Position numbers and translations under genes: made by a program. This document shows, piece by piece, positions 13,005-26,689 of a DNA stretch of 64,000 bases; within the stretch, counting starts at the first letter, position 1, and the number at the start of each line of letters is the position of its first letter. Origin of the DNA: Tricharina praecox (lineage: Eukaryota); contig NW_026250408.1 of assembly GCF_024521635.1 (NCBI RefSeq), positions 62,001 through 126,000 of the forward strand. Reading direction: 5' to 3'. The notes below the pieces were generated by a model. That model did no database searches. It had not been told where the DNA came from and saw only the letters and a list, made by a program, of their open reading frames with translations.

Positions 13005-13442
13005 GTCTTGGTCTCGGCCGGGGACACAACAGATACTGGGCGCTTGCAACTACGTTTCTCTTGAGTCCTCGTCAGATGCTACCGTGCAATGGCATAACAC
13101 TCGTGTAGACGTGGTAGCACAGCCCGAAGGGTCTACAAACTTCATCATATAGGGAGCCAGAGGGTGCCAGACCGCAACAGACATCCACTACCACCATCGA
13201 GATTATGATCAACTCTCAGGCCTAAATCTACCAGAACTGGAGCCTGACAGGACAAAAAGTGGAATTTGTGGGTGGGATAGGCGATACTAAACGAATCACA
13301 ATTCACGAAACTCACGCGCTCGCAGAAACAACCTTTGATTCCGAAGCCACGCAGGCTTGGGTGCTACCGTTCAAAAGAACGTCACTGACATGGGGTGATC
13401 ACTCCCCACGTCCCCAGCCTTCGTGCTTCCTCTTTCCGCTAT

Positions 13443-14855
13443 CTACCTCTTCGCCCTCTTCCCTCTCCCCCTACCAGCACTCGTCGTGGCGGGGGCAGCG
13501 GGAGCCGGACGCTTCTTCGCAGCCGTCCTCTTCCCCGCCGCAACTGCCGGTGAGTCGGGAGGCACCACTGGCGCGACCCTCTCGGGCTTGCCGGGGTTCT
13601 CCTTGCGCCACGCGGCCGCGAGCACCTTCCCGCATGTTTCCTCCATCCCGTACTCGCGCTGTCCCGGCAGCAGCGAGAAGATGTGGTTGCGCGAGCGGTC
13701 TCCGCCCCGCACGAAGTCTAGGATCTCGTACGTCATGCAGTACCGCTCCTCGAGACGGTAGTGGTCCGAGTACAGCTCGTTGAGCTTCTGTACCGTCTGG
13801 ATGTGCCGGTGCTTGCAGTAGTCGCGGGACTTGATGCACTCGAGGAGCATCTCATCCCGCTCTTCCTGGGTCGTCGGAAGCTTGAACTGAAAATGACCGA
13901 GTCAGCGATAGGTACGTACGTGGAAAGATCGGATACACACCTCCGGAATCGGCAAGCCCAGCTCAAGATACACCGCGTGGCGGGGATCCTTGAGGGGTGG
14001 GGGCGCCGGCTGTCCGCACGACGGGACCCACTGGGAGTCGTCGCTTCCGGGCGGAGTGACGAACTCCCCCTCCTGCTGCATCCACCTACCCGGTGGGCTC
14101 GGCGGCGTGACAACCCAATCATCGACCTTGGACGCCTTCTCTGGAGTCTTCTCTTTCGCCTTTCCCTTGTCTTTTGCAGCCTCCTCCTCGTCATCGGACA
14201 AGGAGAACGGCCACGGAACCTTTGGGCTGGGGGGAGGTGGCTTCGGGCGAGGCATGGTGAATGGGTCGGGGTAATCGGGATCCTCACGGATCCTCATGCG
14301 GCGACGCGCCATCAGGTACTCGATCAGGTTAAACGGTACCCCGTGCTCCTCCCAGTGGAGGGCTTCGTCGTCGGTATAGAAGCGCGGGCGCTTAGGTCCC
14401 TTCGTCCAGTCGTAGGCTTCGGGAGGAAGGACCCGGAGCTCATTCTTCTTCTCCGTGGGCACATTGCCATCCGTATACGTGACGTTTTCGACGGTCATGT
14501 CGAGGATCGACCCACTAGATCTCGCGGTCAGCGCAATTGTCGGTGCGATAAACGGAGTACCGTACGGAGTGATAGGCTGTGAAGGGGGGTAAGTGTCGCA
14601 ACTTGGATCGGGAACGGTGGATTCCTCCTCATAGTCCTCCTTGACTCCGTAGTCATCGCTGTCGTCCTCATCGGACACCAGCTCATCGTCGCTGCTCTCT
14701 TCCTCGTCTTCCTCCTGGCTCGAGCGAGCGGCCGAAGCCAGACTCTCAAACGCAGATTGCGAAGCCGGGAGTCCTTGGAGATAAAGATCGATACGTTTCT
14801 TCACTGACTCGTGAAGAGCCGGAGAGATGGGATCAGGAGTTGTAGTCTCTGGCAT
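13443..14855 (-). CDS. Hypothetical protein, ~450 aa, acidic/proline-rich; 2 exons
   Basis: ATG at 14855. Intron 13887-13940 (GTGTGT...GCTGAC...CAG) joins LPIPE to FKLPTTQEERDEMLLECIK in frame. Confidence 0.7.
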
Positions 14856-15144
14856 CTTGAGGAATAGAGGATTCGATGGTGTAGAGGGGGGTATCTTTGA
14901 CGACGGTATTGTGCAGGATGAAGGAATGATGTGAAAGTCGGGGGTGGATGAAGCAACGAAGAAGGAAGCAGAAGAAAAGACACAAAATAAATGAGGGGAA
15001 CCCACGGAAGATTACTCTTGTCGCCCAAACGAGATCCGCAGCTGCGCTTCGCACTAGCAGGACTGAGAACCGCATCAGCATTGTACATTACAGCGCGGAG
15101 AGTTGTCGACATTATCGACCACCGCTTCGACTTCGAACAATAAC

Positions 15145-15578
15145 TCACGTTGTAACCGCCGATGACTCTGTATAGGAAGCGAGCAGCGCCTCTAGCTGCT
15201 CGTCATCCATCTCATTCACCGACTTGCCGGATTGTCTGTACGGCGACAGCAGGGAGTCAATCTCTTCATCGTTCAGTAACTCGTCGGCAACCTCATTTCC
15301 CTTGTCTGGAGTCGCAGGATCACCAGCGGGTGTCGGCTCGTATGGAGAAAGGAACTGGTCGACCTCATTTTCTTGAAGAAAGTTCTCCGTTGTACTCCTA
15401 TTATCACCGCTGGTCAGTGCGCCCGTCAATCACACCGCTTTCATAAGCCCAACAAACCATACCTCTGTGATTCATGCGAGCTGGATGAAGGGGAAGGCGA
15501 AGATGCGATTGCTTTGGGAGATGGCTTCGACTTCACGTTCTTGCTGCCACGGGAGCGGGAGTGTTTCCTGTGCTTCAT
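15145..15578 (-). CDS. Small hypothetical protein (~125 aa): basic N-terminus plus three acidic helical repeats
   Basis: ATG 15578; phase-2 intron 15410-15462 (GTATGG...CTGACCAG) joins the ORFs in frame; repeats NEVDQFLSPY / EEIDSLLSPY / EQLEALLASY. Confidence 0.5.
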
Positions 15579-17845
15579 TGTGATCACTTCTCTTGTAGTT
15601 GTGTGTGTTAAAGAGAGACGCCGAGAAATGGATGTTGTTGCGGAGGTGTTTGGATGAGTCGGCGTTGGTGAAACACGCAAGCCGAGTTAGTCGGCACCTC
15701 TTACGCGAACCCTAGCGAAGCGAGTAAGATATAGTGGGAAATCTTGCGTGGGCAAAGAGGCCCAAGCCTGCGAATGATTCAAGATGCGTGACTTCGGGTG
15801 TGTGCCCGCACAAAACCGGGTACCAAGACAGTATCCACCACACGTGCTCAAACACCTGCCTACTTACATATACTGCCGGCATCGGTCAGGCTCTACCATC
15901 ACGTATCAACTTTTAGATCTAGACATTTCTAACCTCCCAGCTGCTGGTCGAGAATACACTGCAAGCAGAGTGCAAAATACGGTAACCGAGTGATAGGTGG
16001 TGCGTCGGCTGTTGGGCTTAGGCTCGCCGGCAAGAAGAATCCTACTATCTAGAATGGTAGAACCCACTGCGTCATGAGCACTCAAGTCGCAAGCAAAGCT
16101 TCATCGCTTTATCACCCTCTCCGGGCTTCACAGACTGAATAGAGTAGGTACCTACGGCATACCAACGAAAAAGAATTCTTCTTATGGGCGTTTATGACAG
16201 CGCGATAGCCAGCGGCACGTGATATGCCCGTATTGAGCCGAGCGGTGGGTCTAGTTCGTGGATAAAACTGTGCCACGGCTGCTAATATGCGGACCCATGT
16301 CCCCTCGGATCGACCGAGGGCTTTGCTAGAGTGGTGTTTTGGTACATATCGGCGTGGATGCCAATATTGATTGCGGAGGATAGCATAGAACGTTTAGGCC
16401 AGTTACCTGTGCTGATGTACACCTGGTAGGAACGGAAGCGGAACTTTGTTATTCACCCACCCGTCCGGTTCGTGGCATAACTGTTGGGCGGCACGGCCGG
16501 TGTACGACGGATTCTCAACCGCCGTACTAGAGAGGATTCACAAATGCGCAAGTAAACCAAGACGAGTCGGAAGGGGTGTTTGCAATCCGCGCGCCCAACG
16601 CTTTAGTAATCCCGATAGCCCCAGATGAGCAGCATACTGATAAACTCTTCCAACCGGCCAGCCGCCAATATCTTCTGGTCTAATTTTCTGGCTCTGCTGC
16701 ATCCAGCTATCACTCGTGTATGGAGTCTCTCTACTATACCACGGACGCGCACAAGCTTCCGGCTCTATCAGCCTCTCCTCCGTCCTGCCCAGCATGGGCT
16801 ATACACTTCAAATCACTCGGCAAGCGTACTGCGGGTACGCTAAAACAAGCCTTTCGCGGCAAGTACAATGTATGTAGCGGCTCGGTCTGGTCAATCGATC
16901 CAGCCAGCCGACGTCGCTAAGACGTGGGGAAAAAAGTACCTACATATCTTCGTAATTCCACCGAGTGTATAACGCACGTACGTACTCTGCAAGGTAATCA
17001 GTACCTACCAATACATATACTGTTTCCCTTCGCATACTATCGAGACGTGTTAGGCACGATGTGGAGCATGATCGACCTTCATAGTTTTTCGCATTTCGGC
17101 GCCCATCCACACGGAGACCCGATCGATGGTAATTTCAACACTGAACGGCTTACCTCTTGCTTGTGTTGTCTCCGGCCATTCAATGGCGGCCATTGTGGAG
17201 TAGAAAGGTAGTACCAAGCGATGAGATACGATAAGATACGATAAGATAAGATGGCAAAAGTACGGGGGTACATAGGAGAGAGGATCGGATGACGTCTGAC
17301 GGAGGATAACGCTAGAGGAGATTGGGTTAGGCCAGGCAGGTGAGCCCACGAGATGGAGCCCTGAGCGGTAGCTAGAAAGATAACCTTCTCCTTCTCAACC
17401 TTTCTCGCGTGTCTGCGTACGGCATATATCTTCATCAGCTCAACGACATTTGGTGACGGAATATGCCGTTGGCCCTCAGCCACCTCGCCGCGTTCGGATG
17501 CGCCGGAACGGCACGAGTGGTCCTCCCCCGCGAGGCTACCATACGATCGCTTCCTCCGTGACAGCTCACATCTTCCTATTATACTCTACTGAATCACCGA
17601 ATTTTTGATACGTCTCTTTTCTTTTTCATCGCGACCTACGTAAGCATCTGGTGATTCGATGCGTGTGACTCATAGGTCAGCAGCGACCCTACAACTGCAG
17701 CTCAGATTAGCCGGCAGATCCTGCAACTCAGCCGCTGACCCCGCTTTCCGAGTGGGATCACAATCCAGCGCAATCATCGCTCGTCCGTTAGATTGTCTAA
17801 CGACGACTACTTCTCAACAGGCATTCAACATCATTATTGGGCGAA

Positions 17846-20800
17846 ATGCCATTCGGATTCGGCGTCGGAGATTTCGCCGCGGTTGGCAAGTTGGCTTGGT
17901 ATCTATACCACGACTGCTTCCTCGTCGCGAAGGGGGCTCCACAGGAGTTCCGGCTGCTGGTTGACGAACTAAAGACGCTACACGCCACAATTAAGCTTTT
18001 TGAAGACGAGTTCGGGGACCCAAATTCGGTCCTAGTGCGAGCTGGAGAGGATCGATTGCGAATGGTGGAGGATTTGCTGGCGCAGGTGATGCATGTCCTC
18101 AACGGTCTGCGGGAAGCTTATGACAAGCATCGCAATTTAGGCAACGTCTCCCGAACGTCCTTCAAGCGGGGATGGGATCAGTTCAAATGGGCAGTTGGAG
18201 TGAAGGACGTCGAGGGTTTGCGGAGTAAGGTAGGATGCCTCGGCCCCCAGATTGTAATATTGTATGATGTACGACTAACTACCTGGTAATCAATTTCAGC
18301 TTACCTACCTCAACGGCCTCTTGGCTTTACTTCTCACCTGTGCGGGAAAGTGGGTATACCCCAACCGAGTGGTGACGGGAACTCTCAACCTAAAGGAGTG
18401 TGCTGATGGAAACTCTCGGGTGTGGCGATCAGTTCATCACTCCAACGTCTGGAGACCACCACTCAGTCGATCGACGCTGGAGTTCACGGGATAAAGACAT
18501 TCCTCAAACGCGTCGGAACGGGAGACCTCCCGATAGTTTCGGCTTTTGGCGCTACAAATAGTCCGGCAAAGATCGATTTCAGTCAACGGTGTATGCAGGC
18601 GGCGAAAGTGTCTCAGCGCTGGACGCTGATAGGTATCGAAGAGTGGACAAAAGCAGGCCGCTGGTGGCTCCTAAAGGTAGGAACCTTCACAGCTACTTGA
18701 TAGTCCGCTTAAACGCAACACGGCTGACTATTGACCGTACAGGCCCATATGGAGCTACGTGCTGCCGCGAGAGCCACGGTGCCCAATGACGCATATGCCA
18801 ACCTGTTGAAGGCTTCCTGGATTCTAACGGACGTCATCGTTGTTCATCCTCACATGATCTACATCGAGGCCAGTGTGCAATGCGATGTTTTACGTCTGAC
18901 CGAGGTGAGCTTAGATCTTCAATGGCACAGGCAGGCGACTTGTCTGACACAGTCTCTCCGATTGTGCCCCTATCCTAAACCGTAGTTTAAGGAGCACTGT
19001 TCCGAGTAGTTACCAAAGTCAGTTTAACTAACGCATGTTACAGGCAATCAAGGAGGAATTCCAATACATTGAGGACAAGAATCTTCGGATTCCTAGCCTT
19101 GAAGATGTCGACGACCCGGAGATTTGGGAGTCGCAATTGACGAGCCCCGCGATGAGACCAGGCTCCATAGCGGGAGAGCGAACATGGGTAATGAAGGATG
19201 AAGATATCATATTTCAAAGGTACATGCTCTCCTTCATTGAATCGAATTATCAACTCTGACTTTGGCGTAGATTTGCTCGATACCAGGCTAGCTACCAGCA
19301 AATTCCAATTCCGTCACTAGTACTACTCCTAGTGGACAAGAAGTCAAGAAAGCCACGTTTAGTCGTTCATGATCAGAGCTGGAGATGTTTGGCAGAGCTT
19401 GCAGGTATGCGGATAACCCCCCCCTCTAAGCAAGATATATTCACCTGTCGGGAGAATGATGGCCAGACTCTTTGTGATGTAGTTACGCTAACCGGTCCTA
19501 GCTGAACTCTTCCCTACTCTGAAACCTCGGCACGACAACATCGTCAGCATAGCAGGTGTGCAGATCATATTATCCACTACTTTTGGTTAGTCCCCTCCCT
19601 CGGTGGATGTCAATGGGTGTTAGCATGTGCTGACCGCTTTTCAAACAGACGCACAGCTTCTCGGCGCTTTCTTGCTCGGGTATGGGCTACACATAATTCG
19701 CTGTACCCCAGACTTCCAGCACTCAATGCAGGTCAACCACGATGCGATCTTTTTGCTAGCCGCAATGATGATATCAACTGTGGATATTGTCGAGTACTTT
19801 CTTGGTATCCTTGGTCGGTCCCCGGAGATGGAGTCTACTTCTTTTCTTGTGGTCGCTGTTGCAGCAGCCAAGCGGTTCCTTCCACCATCCCAGCCTCATT
19901 CAGCACACGGAGAATATTTCCCAGACGACCACAAATCTTTGTTGTTCACGATTGCGAAGTGGGGCTACTATGATGTCGTAAGGCAAATGTTAACCCATCG
20001 GGGTTTCAGTCCGCCTAAACTTGATGGTCTTGGGATGTGGCTCTCCCCATATGAAGTCGGGCAAAGGGGAGAGTGCGACGTGGTTCAGTTGTTGCTGGAC
20101 GAAGGGCTGCACATCGAAACATTCATACAGCCCCCTAACAGTGGAAGCTCCCCTGAGCGGCTGCTATCGATCGTTGCAACAGAGGGGCACCTGGCGGCAA
20201 CCCAGCTGCTCCTCGACAGAGGTGCCGACATCTCTGCTGGAGGACCGCTTCACGGAGCAGCGCAGAACGGACATGTGAAGGTGGTGCAGTTCTTGCTTGA
20301 AAGGGGCGCCGACGTCTCAGTCCCAAATCGGGTTCGAATGACGCCGCTACATTTAACCGCTTATCGCGGGTATGGGGCAATAGTGAAGTTACTTCTCGAC
20401 AAAGGTGCAGACGTCTCCGTCTCGGGTGCGGAGGGAAGAACACCGCTATTCTTGGCGGTACGAGGCGGGCACGAAGCAATTGTGAAGTTACTTCTCGACA
20501 AGGGCGCAGACGTCTCCGCTTCAGATCAGTACAGAGTGACACCGCTACACGCGGCAGTGCAGCAAGGGTATGTGGCGGTGGTCCAGTTACTTCTCGAAAA
20601 GGGCGCAGACGTCTCCGTCTCGGATTTGGAGGGAAGTACACCGCTACACTGGGCGGCACGAGATGGGCACGAAGCGGTTGTGCAGTTACTTCTCGACAAC
20701 GGCGCAGAGGTCTCCGTCTCAGATGAGGAGGGAAAGACACCGCTACACTGGGCGGCACTTCGCGGACACAAAGCGGTTGTGAAGCTACTTCTCGACAACT

Positions 20801-21615
20801 ATGCAGACGTCTCCGTCTTGGATGAAGACAGAATGAAACCGCTAGACTCGGCGGTAGAGAGAGGGCATCCAACGGTGGTCCAATTACTTCTCGAATATGG
20901 CGCGGATAACGGTGGACAACCACCGCTATGCTGGGCAGCATACGAAGGGCACGAGGCGACTGTGCAGTTCCTGCTCGACAACGGCGCAGATGTCTCCGTC
21001 CCAGATGAGAACGGAAGTACACCGCTATGCGTGGCGGCACACCAAGGGTACAAGGCGATTGTGCATTTACTTGTCGACAACGGCGCAGACGTCTCTGTCG
21101 CAGGTTGGAACGGAAGGACACCACTGCACTGTGCGGCAGAAAAAGGGGACAAGGCGATGGTGCGGTTACTTCTCGACAAGGGCGCAGACGTCTCCGTCGC
21201 ATGTTGGGACGGAAGGACACCGCTACTCTGTGCGGCAGGAAAAGGGGACGAGGCGATTGTGCAGTTACTTCTCGACAAGGGCGCAGATGTCTCCGTCTCT
21301 GATGAGTTCGGGAGGACACCGCTATTCTGCGCGGCAAAGAGTGGGCACAAGGCGATGGTGCAGTTACTTCTCGACAACGGCGCAGACGTCTCCGTCGCAG
21401 CAGCAGTGGACGGGGAGACACCGCTATGCGTGGTAGCACATGAAGGATACGAGGCGATTGCGCAGTTACTTCTCGACAACGGCGCAGACGTCTCCGTCTC
21501 AGATGTGTACGGGAATACGCCGCTAACCTGGGCGGCAGGGAGAGGGCACGAGGCGATGGTGCAGTTACTTCTCGACCACGGCGCAGACGTCTCCGTCTCA
21601 GATCATTCCGAATAG
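17846..21615 (+). CDS. HeLo-like (fungal N-terminal cell-death-type) domain + central region + ~16 ankyrin repeats; 8 exons
   Basis: N-terminus MPFGFGVGDFAAVGKLAWYLY...APQEFRLLVDELKTL is HeLo-like/SesA-type. Exons chain in frame through 7 GT-AG introns into ORF 19627-21615, which carries TPLxxAAxxGHxAxVQLLLDxGADVS repeats. No P-loop seen. Confidence 0.8.
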
Positions 21616-22387
21616 CCACTGCTTTTCTGGGCTTTACAATGGCAATAGTTTTCCAGTGTAACTAGTTGTCGAGTTTAAACCAATTCCTCACTATTCATTT
21701 GTGGTTCTAAAATATGAAGTTGCGTTGGTGGATTCTGCCTAGGTATCCAAGTATGTAGTTGTTGGAATGTTGCTCTTCAAAAACCGGTTCGATTGTCGGT
21801 TATAAACGGTTCACGTTCGGTCGGGTGCTGGCCAAATTCACTAGGTATATGGAAGCAACGAAGCACAGGCGTGGCCAACCTTGATACAGAGGGCGTACTC
21901 CCTGTAAACAACAAGGCTGGAGCCGAACATCAACTCGATTCGGGTATTCTCAAGGATCACCAGCATCACCGATTCTCTTTGCAATATACATTTCAGAATT
22001 GTTTGACTACGTTGAAAAGAGGAATGGAAAACCGAGTACGACCTATATCTTTTGAAGATGATATCGCATGGTGGACTAGTGCCAAGTAAACTGGTGGAGG
22101 GCAACATCAACTGGAAGAAGTCGTAGCACATGCATCGCAATATGCACGTGATAACTATCGATCCGCCAGTAGGGCAATAGGCACGTGATAACCGGCGATC
22201 GCGCCAGTAGGGCTATAGAGAGAGCCGCATACCTAGACTTGCGGACGGAGTAGGGTTGGAATCCAGTGTCGTGACTTCACCCATAAAAAGAGAGCTACGA
22301 GAACAATACCACCACTACTACCACCACCAGGAAACACCGATAGCAACGCAAATCATCCTACCGGCCACCCATCCCCGACTTAAATTG

Positions 22388-22970
22388 ATGGCTTCAGAGT
22401 TCTATGACAATCCGGCCAAGAGTCGGACCTACTCATATGTGCCACAGGGGATCTCGAACCCATCTGGCATCGAAGTCAGCATCACCTACCGTCTCCACCT
22501 CGTCACCCTCAATCTCGGAGAGATCACCGGAATCCCGAGCCCAAATGAATACCTCACCTTCACGTGGCTCCCCACCATGCGCCGGCCCTTCTTCTGGATA
22601 AACACGCTTGCCAATAGGGTATAGAACACCCCCTCCCCGCCGAGTACACGCATATAACTGACTAACGTGAATGAAGGACCATCTCGGCGGCTTGATTCGG
22701 TGGGACGATTTTCCCCCCACCACCCCACTACCCACCAACACCGGCGCGGACACCACAATTAGCACGGAGACCGCCTTGCGTATACAACAGCTCGAAGAGA
22801 AAATGACAGCTATCTACCACCTCATCGCCGCCAGGCGGATTGGTTGGGAGATCGACTATCTCAGAACCCACGGGCTACCTCTCATTACCATCCGCACCTG
22901 GGTTGGCATCGACGCCGGCCTGGAGGTCTGGGCGAGATACGGATATCAAGCTGAGAAGTCGATGAAGTAG
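22388..22970 (+). CDS. Small hypothetical protein (~175 aa); 2 exons
   Basis: ATG 22388; putative phase-0 intron 22619-22676 (gtatag...actaac...aag) joins ORFs 22256-22624 and 22671-22970. Splice signals are only moderate. Confidence 0.4.
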
Positions 22971-23906
22971 CTGTTACCACATCTACGTTTCTTCTTTTAT
23001 CTGAAGGCTGGCATGCGTCGGAAGGTGGGTTTTCGGTAAGAATTGCAACCTTTTCGCGTTTTCCTACCATCAGTCAAGTCAGACAATAGAACAACAAGAC
23101 TCCAGTTGACGGTCCGAAAAAGCTCTCTCTCTCTCTCTCTCCTCTTTCGAAATTATCGTCATGATTAAAGACTTCCGCCCTTAACTTCGGAAGTTATCTG
23201 AGTACATCGGTGGATAGAGACAACAATAAAATGGTGGAGAGATATATGTGAATTCGTTGATCGTGATGATGCCCTTGGAAAGGAGGAAATGATGATCTCT
23301 AAATAGGTAGTTACAGGTAGGACCTTCATAGAGCATCCGCTCCGGTGATCAGAGGCGGAACGCCCGAAATGGCGACCATATTCACTCGGAAAGTTGTCCT
23401 CTGTGGCCTCCTTGGAGCCACGTTTCTCTCCGGACGTCCGACATTTCACAGTACCCCTCGAGAGGCAACCCCCACAAGATAGCATCCAAATTCAGCAAGA
23501 CAGACGGAGGTCCTAAAATGCCTGCACTTCTCCTGCACCTCGTTAAACGTCAGCTGTGTGACAAACCACATGGAAAAACTACGGCCATGCGAGAAATCCG
23601 TGGATCATCGAAGATGACCGTCACTCACTACACTCTGATACGATAGAGGCTTCGGAGTGTCTAAAAGTTTACCACCACTAATAACTACTAGTACAACTAT
23701 CGCACTGCTATTCTTCCGCCCCGGCGAGTCCTCTTCTGCAGGCCGTCCATGTACCATGTGATCACCGGGTAGCCGTGCCTCAGGAAACCGGTGGGCCTTC
23801 AGCCGTTTAGCAAAGGGAAGAATGTGGGCTGGTCCAGGAGATAGGTGGAGGTTGTTGGCTTCCTGTAACAGTAGAGCGAGAGTCATCTCTGCATCCGTGT
23901 ATTTGG

Positions 23907-24432
23907 CAATGATCTCCATTCTCCAGTCCGTCCGTCCCGAGCCTCGGACGAGGACGGACGACGTGACTCCCGTCCGTCCGAGCCCATGACGTGGATTTCA
24001 AGCTGTTCTCAGTGGATGGACGAGCCAGACGGCTCAGGACGGCCGTCAATGACGGTCCGTCAAGCCCTGGGTAAAAACCTAATTTCGGGCGTAAACCTTG
24101 AGTTGCCGAGTGAGTTATGGTGCCTAGCGCGCTGTGATAACTAGGGGCCGGGCGCCGCACCTTAGGCGTGCGAGTACGAATACTGCCACTTTGCACAGTT
24201 TGTGGAGCGATGAGGAATGAACTGACGCAGTGGTGCCTAGGATATCGGTGCTAAGAAATCATCAATCCGCCGAATCATATTCACATGACTTGGACGGTCG
24301 TCCTCCACCGTCGGATAACGACTAACCCGTCCGTCCCGTGCCCAGATCTGGCGGACACATCTTGCAACGGTCCATCTCAGGCTCGGACCGTCAGGTATTT
24401 TGGCCGGACGGACCGTACGATGGAGAACACTG
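23907..24432. mobile_element. Second, older hAT-type MITE with related termini
   Basis: Ends caatgatctccattctccagtccgtcc / ggacggaccgtacgatggagaacactg; 6/8 TSD (gtatttgg / tcatttgg); ~160 bp GTCC/GGAC-rich arms. Confidence 0.7.
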
Positions 24433-26689
24433 TCATTTGGCACGCGGTCACGTAGCTACGGCTTCCCAGCTGTTAACCGACGGTTGCGCGCATACTCGAA
24501 CGATATGGGTACCTAACCCTTTAGTGAAACACTCCGATCTGTGTATGTACATGAACCTCTCTAGGTACCCAACTTATGGAGAAATATCAGCGGCATGCTG
24601 CACCCTTTTTTTCTACACGGAGTGATCGATCAACCGCTTGGACTAGAACAGTAGAGTAGAGTACATACCGGGGTGTTCTGTTGTCTGCCATCCTGAAAGG
24701 TGCGATAAGATGGGATAAGATCGATAAGATATGCTGCGATCGGAATGTAGATTTGATATGTAACAGTTGCGGGAACAGGCTAGGCATCTACTGAGGGACT
24801 CCCGACGAGTACGGCAACTGTTCAGACTGATTGAATTGACTAGAAAGGAACAAGGAAGAAAGCAGCCTGATGAATATTCGTCAGGCTCAACCACCTCAAA
24901 GTATGTCCGCGGTGTTGGACTAATAATATCTGCGGTGATGGTAATGTCTGATGTCTCATCTGTTGATAATATCCGCTGTCTTCAACGACAGACTCAAAAA
25001 CTAGGAGAACATAGAATCAGCAACAGAGAACATCACAACATTGAGGCGACCGCACCGGATCTGGCCCCGAATCCCACACGACTATCATACCTAGATGAGT
25101 TCATTATTATTTGGATAGGCTGAGATCTTGGCGCCGCCAAGATGAGGCTGATGACGGTCGGCGGGTCTCTTTCTCATCACCCAACGGTGCTAATCACCAC
25201 AACTATCAAGATGACAATGTCAAAGAAATTTTCAAGAGAAATTGAACGATATCAGCAGTGGTGGTGGTGGTGGTATTTGAGCAACTGGATTGAAGAAATT
25301 TTGTGAAATTTACGCAAATCGCATAGCGAGGCTGAACTTATGTCGTCGGTCTATCTCAATATTACTAATCGTGTTGCCGAGTAGTCAGCGGTGGTCATCG
25401 GATGGAGCCCTGAGCGGTAGATACCGTAGAATGATGTTCAGCCTTCCCACCGAGTGAACCTCCACGCCTTTCTGCGTGCCACGCTATGTGCTGACTGTTG
25501 CATCATGTCATCGACCATCAATGCATTTCTACAGCACAATTCGCTAAGAGGGGTGCGCGGTTAGCGTAACTGGAGTGAGGGAGTGCTCTAAAAGCACATA
25601 ACGGCACATTTAGATCCGCATGTGCCTATACTGGCCGACACTTAGCCGAGATAGTGCCTTGGCATTTATTGGCAAATGTGCGATTTTCAAATCCGGTGAC
25701 TAAGCGCGAGTGATGTCCTGTATCTACTCAAAGATGCACCTGATAACACTCGAATGTCTCCATAGAGTATAGCGCTATACCAAGAGACTTAGTAAGCGCT
25801 GCTATCTATCACTGGAATTGCCTAATAGGGTATAAACAGACACCAAAAGCGTTAGTGCGTGATGTGAATCTGTGGCTGCCTAACCAAAGTTGATGTTTTC
25901 AAAGCGTATTTACTCCCCCACCACCACAGCAAATCAAAATCGGGCTCTGTAGCGGTTTTGTACACATGTTCCTCTATCCCCCTACAGAGCCAAAATAAAT
26001 TCTTTTTTATTCTGGGTGATGGAATTACGGCTGGCGATGGGGGTTGTTTTCGAGCTCGGTACCACTGTCACGCTACCTCTTCTAAGTGTCGGCCACCATA
26101 TATCTATATGTTCTTAACTCTACCGAACACGGAGACTGGCCATCACCGGCTATCAGTCCGGGTGAAAGTACAATTCGCGACCAGCCGGGAATCTGTCCGG
26201 GCGGTCGTCGTGGCAGTAGATGTTCCTGCTCCAGCTTGACCACAGTGGAGGCTCTATGTCATGCACGCAAAAGCGCCCGGGAGTTTCATTCCATGCTAAT
26301 TGGTTGACTTATGTGAGTACAAATAGCGGAGAGTGCATGGATCCGTGCATGACGTCACGTGACGCCAGCGAATAGCGCGCCGACTCCGCAGAAATGGACC
26401 AATCTTCGATACGTTGCGTGATGCGTGATGCCACCGATAGTTAGCGCTTGAGGAGGTATTCGTCGCAGCGATTGGTCGGCCACCACAAATGGAGAAAATG
26501 CGTGTTGCACAGTGTGCTGTCAGAAATCTCCGAGTCGCCTACTTTTGAGTGTTGGCCAGGGCCTGAAGCAGAGTATCCCCGCTTTTTACCGTCAATCCTC
26601 ATCCCTTGCCCAAAGAGGCTCTTTCGGTTGTTTTCACGAAGATTGTTGCAACCTTCAGCTCGAAACCTGGTACATATTTCGCGGAACCT

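Noticed and set aside
20135..21619. 494-aa antisense ORF and other long shadow ORFs over the ankyrin and WD40 arrays
   Set aside because: By-products of GC-rich, stop-poor tandem repeats on the coding strand.
21850..22130. Myb-like relic (EEWKTEYDLYLLKMI...EGNINWKK)
   Set aside because: Short, interrupted by stops, and too weak to call without a profile search.
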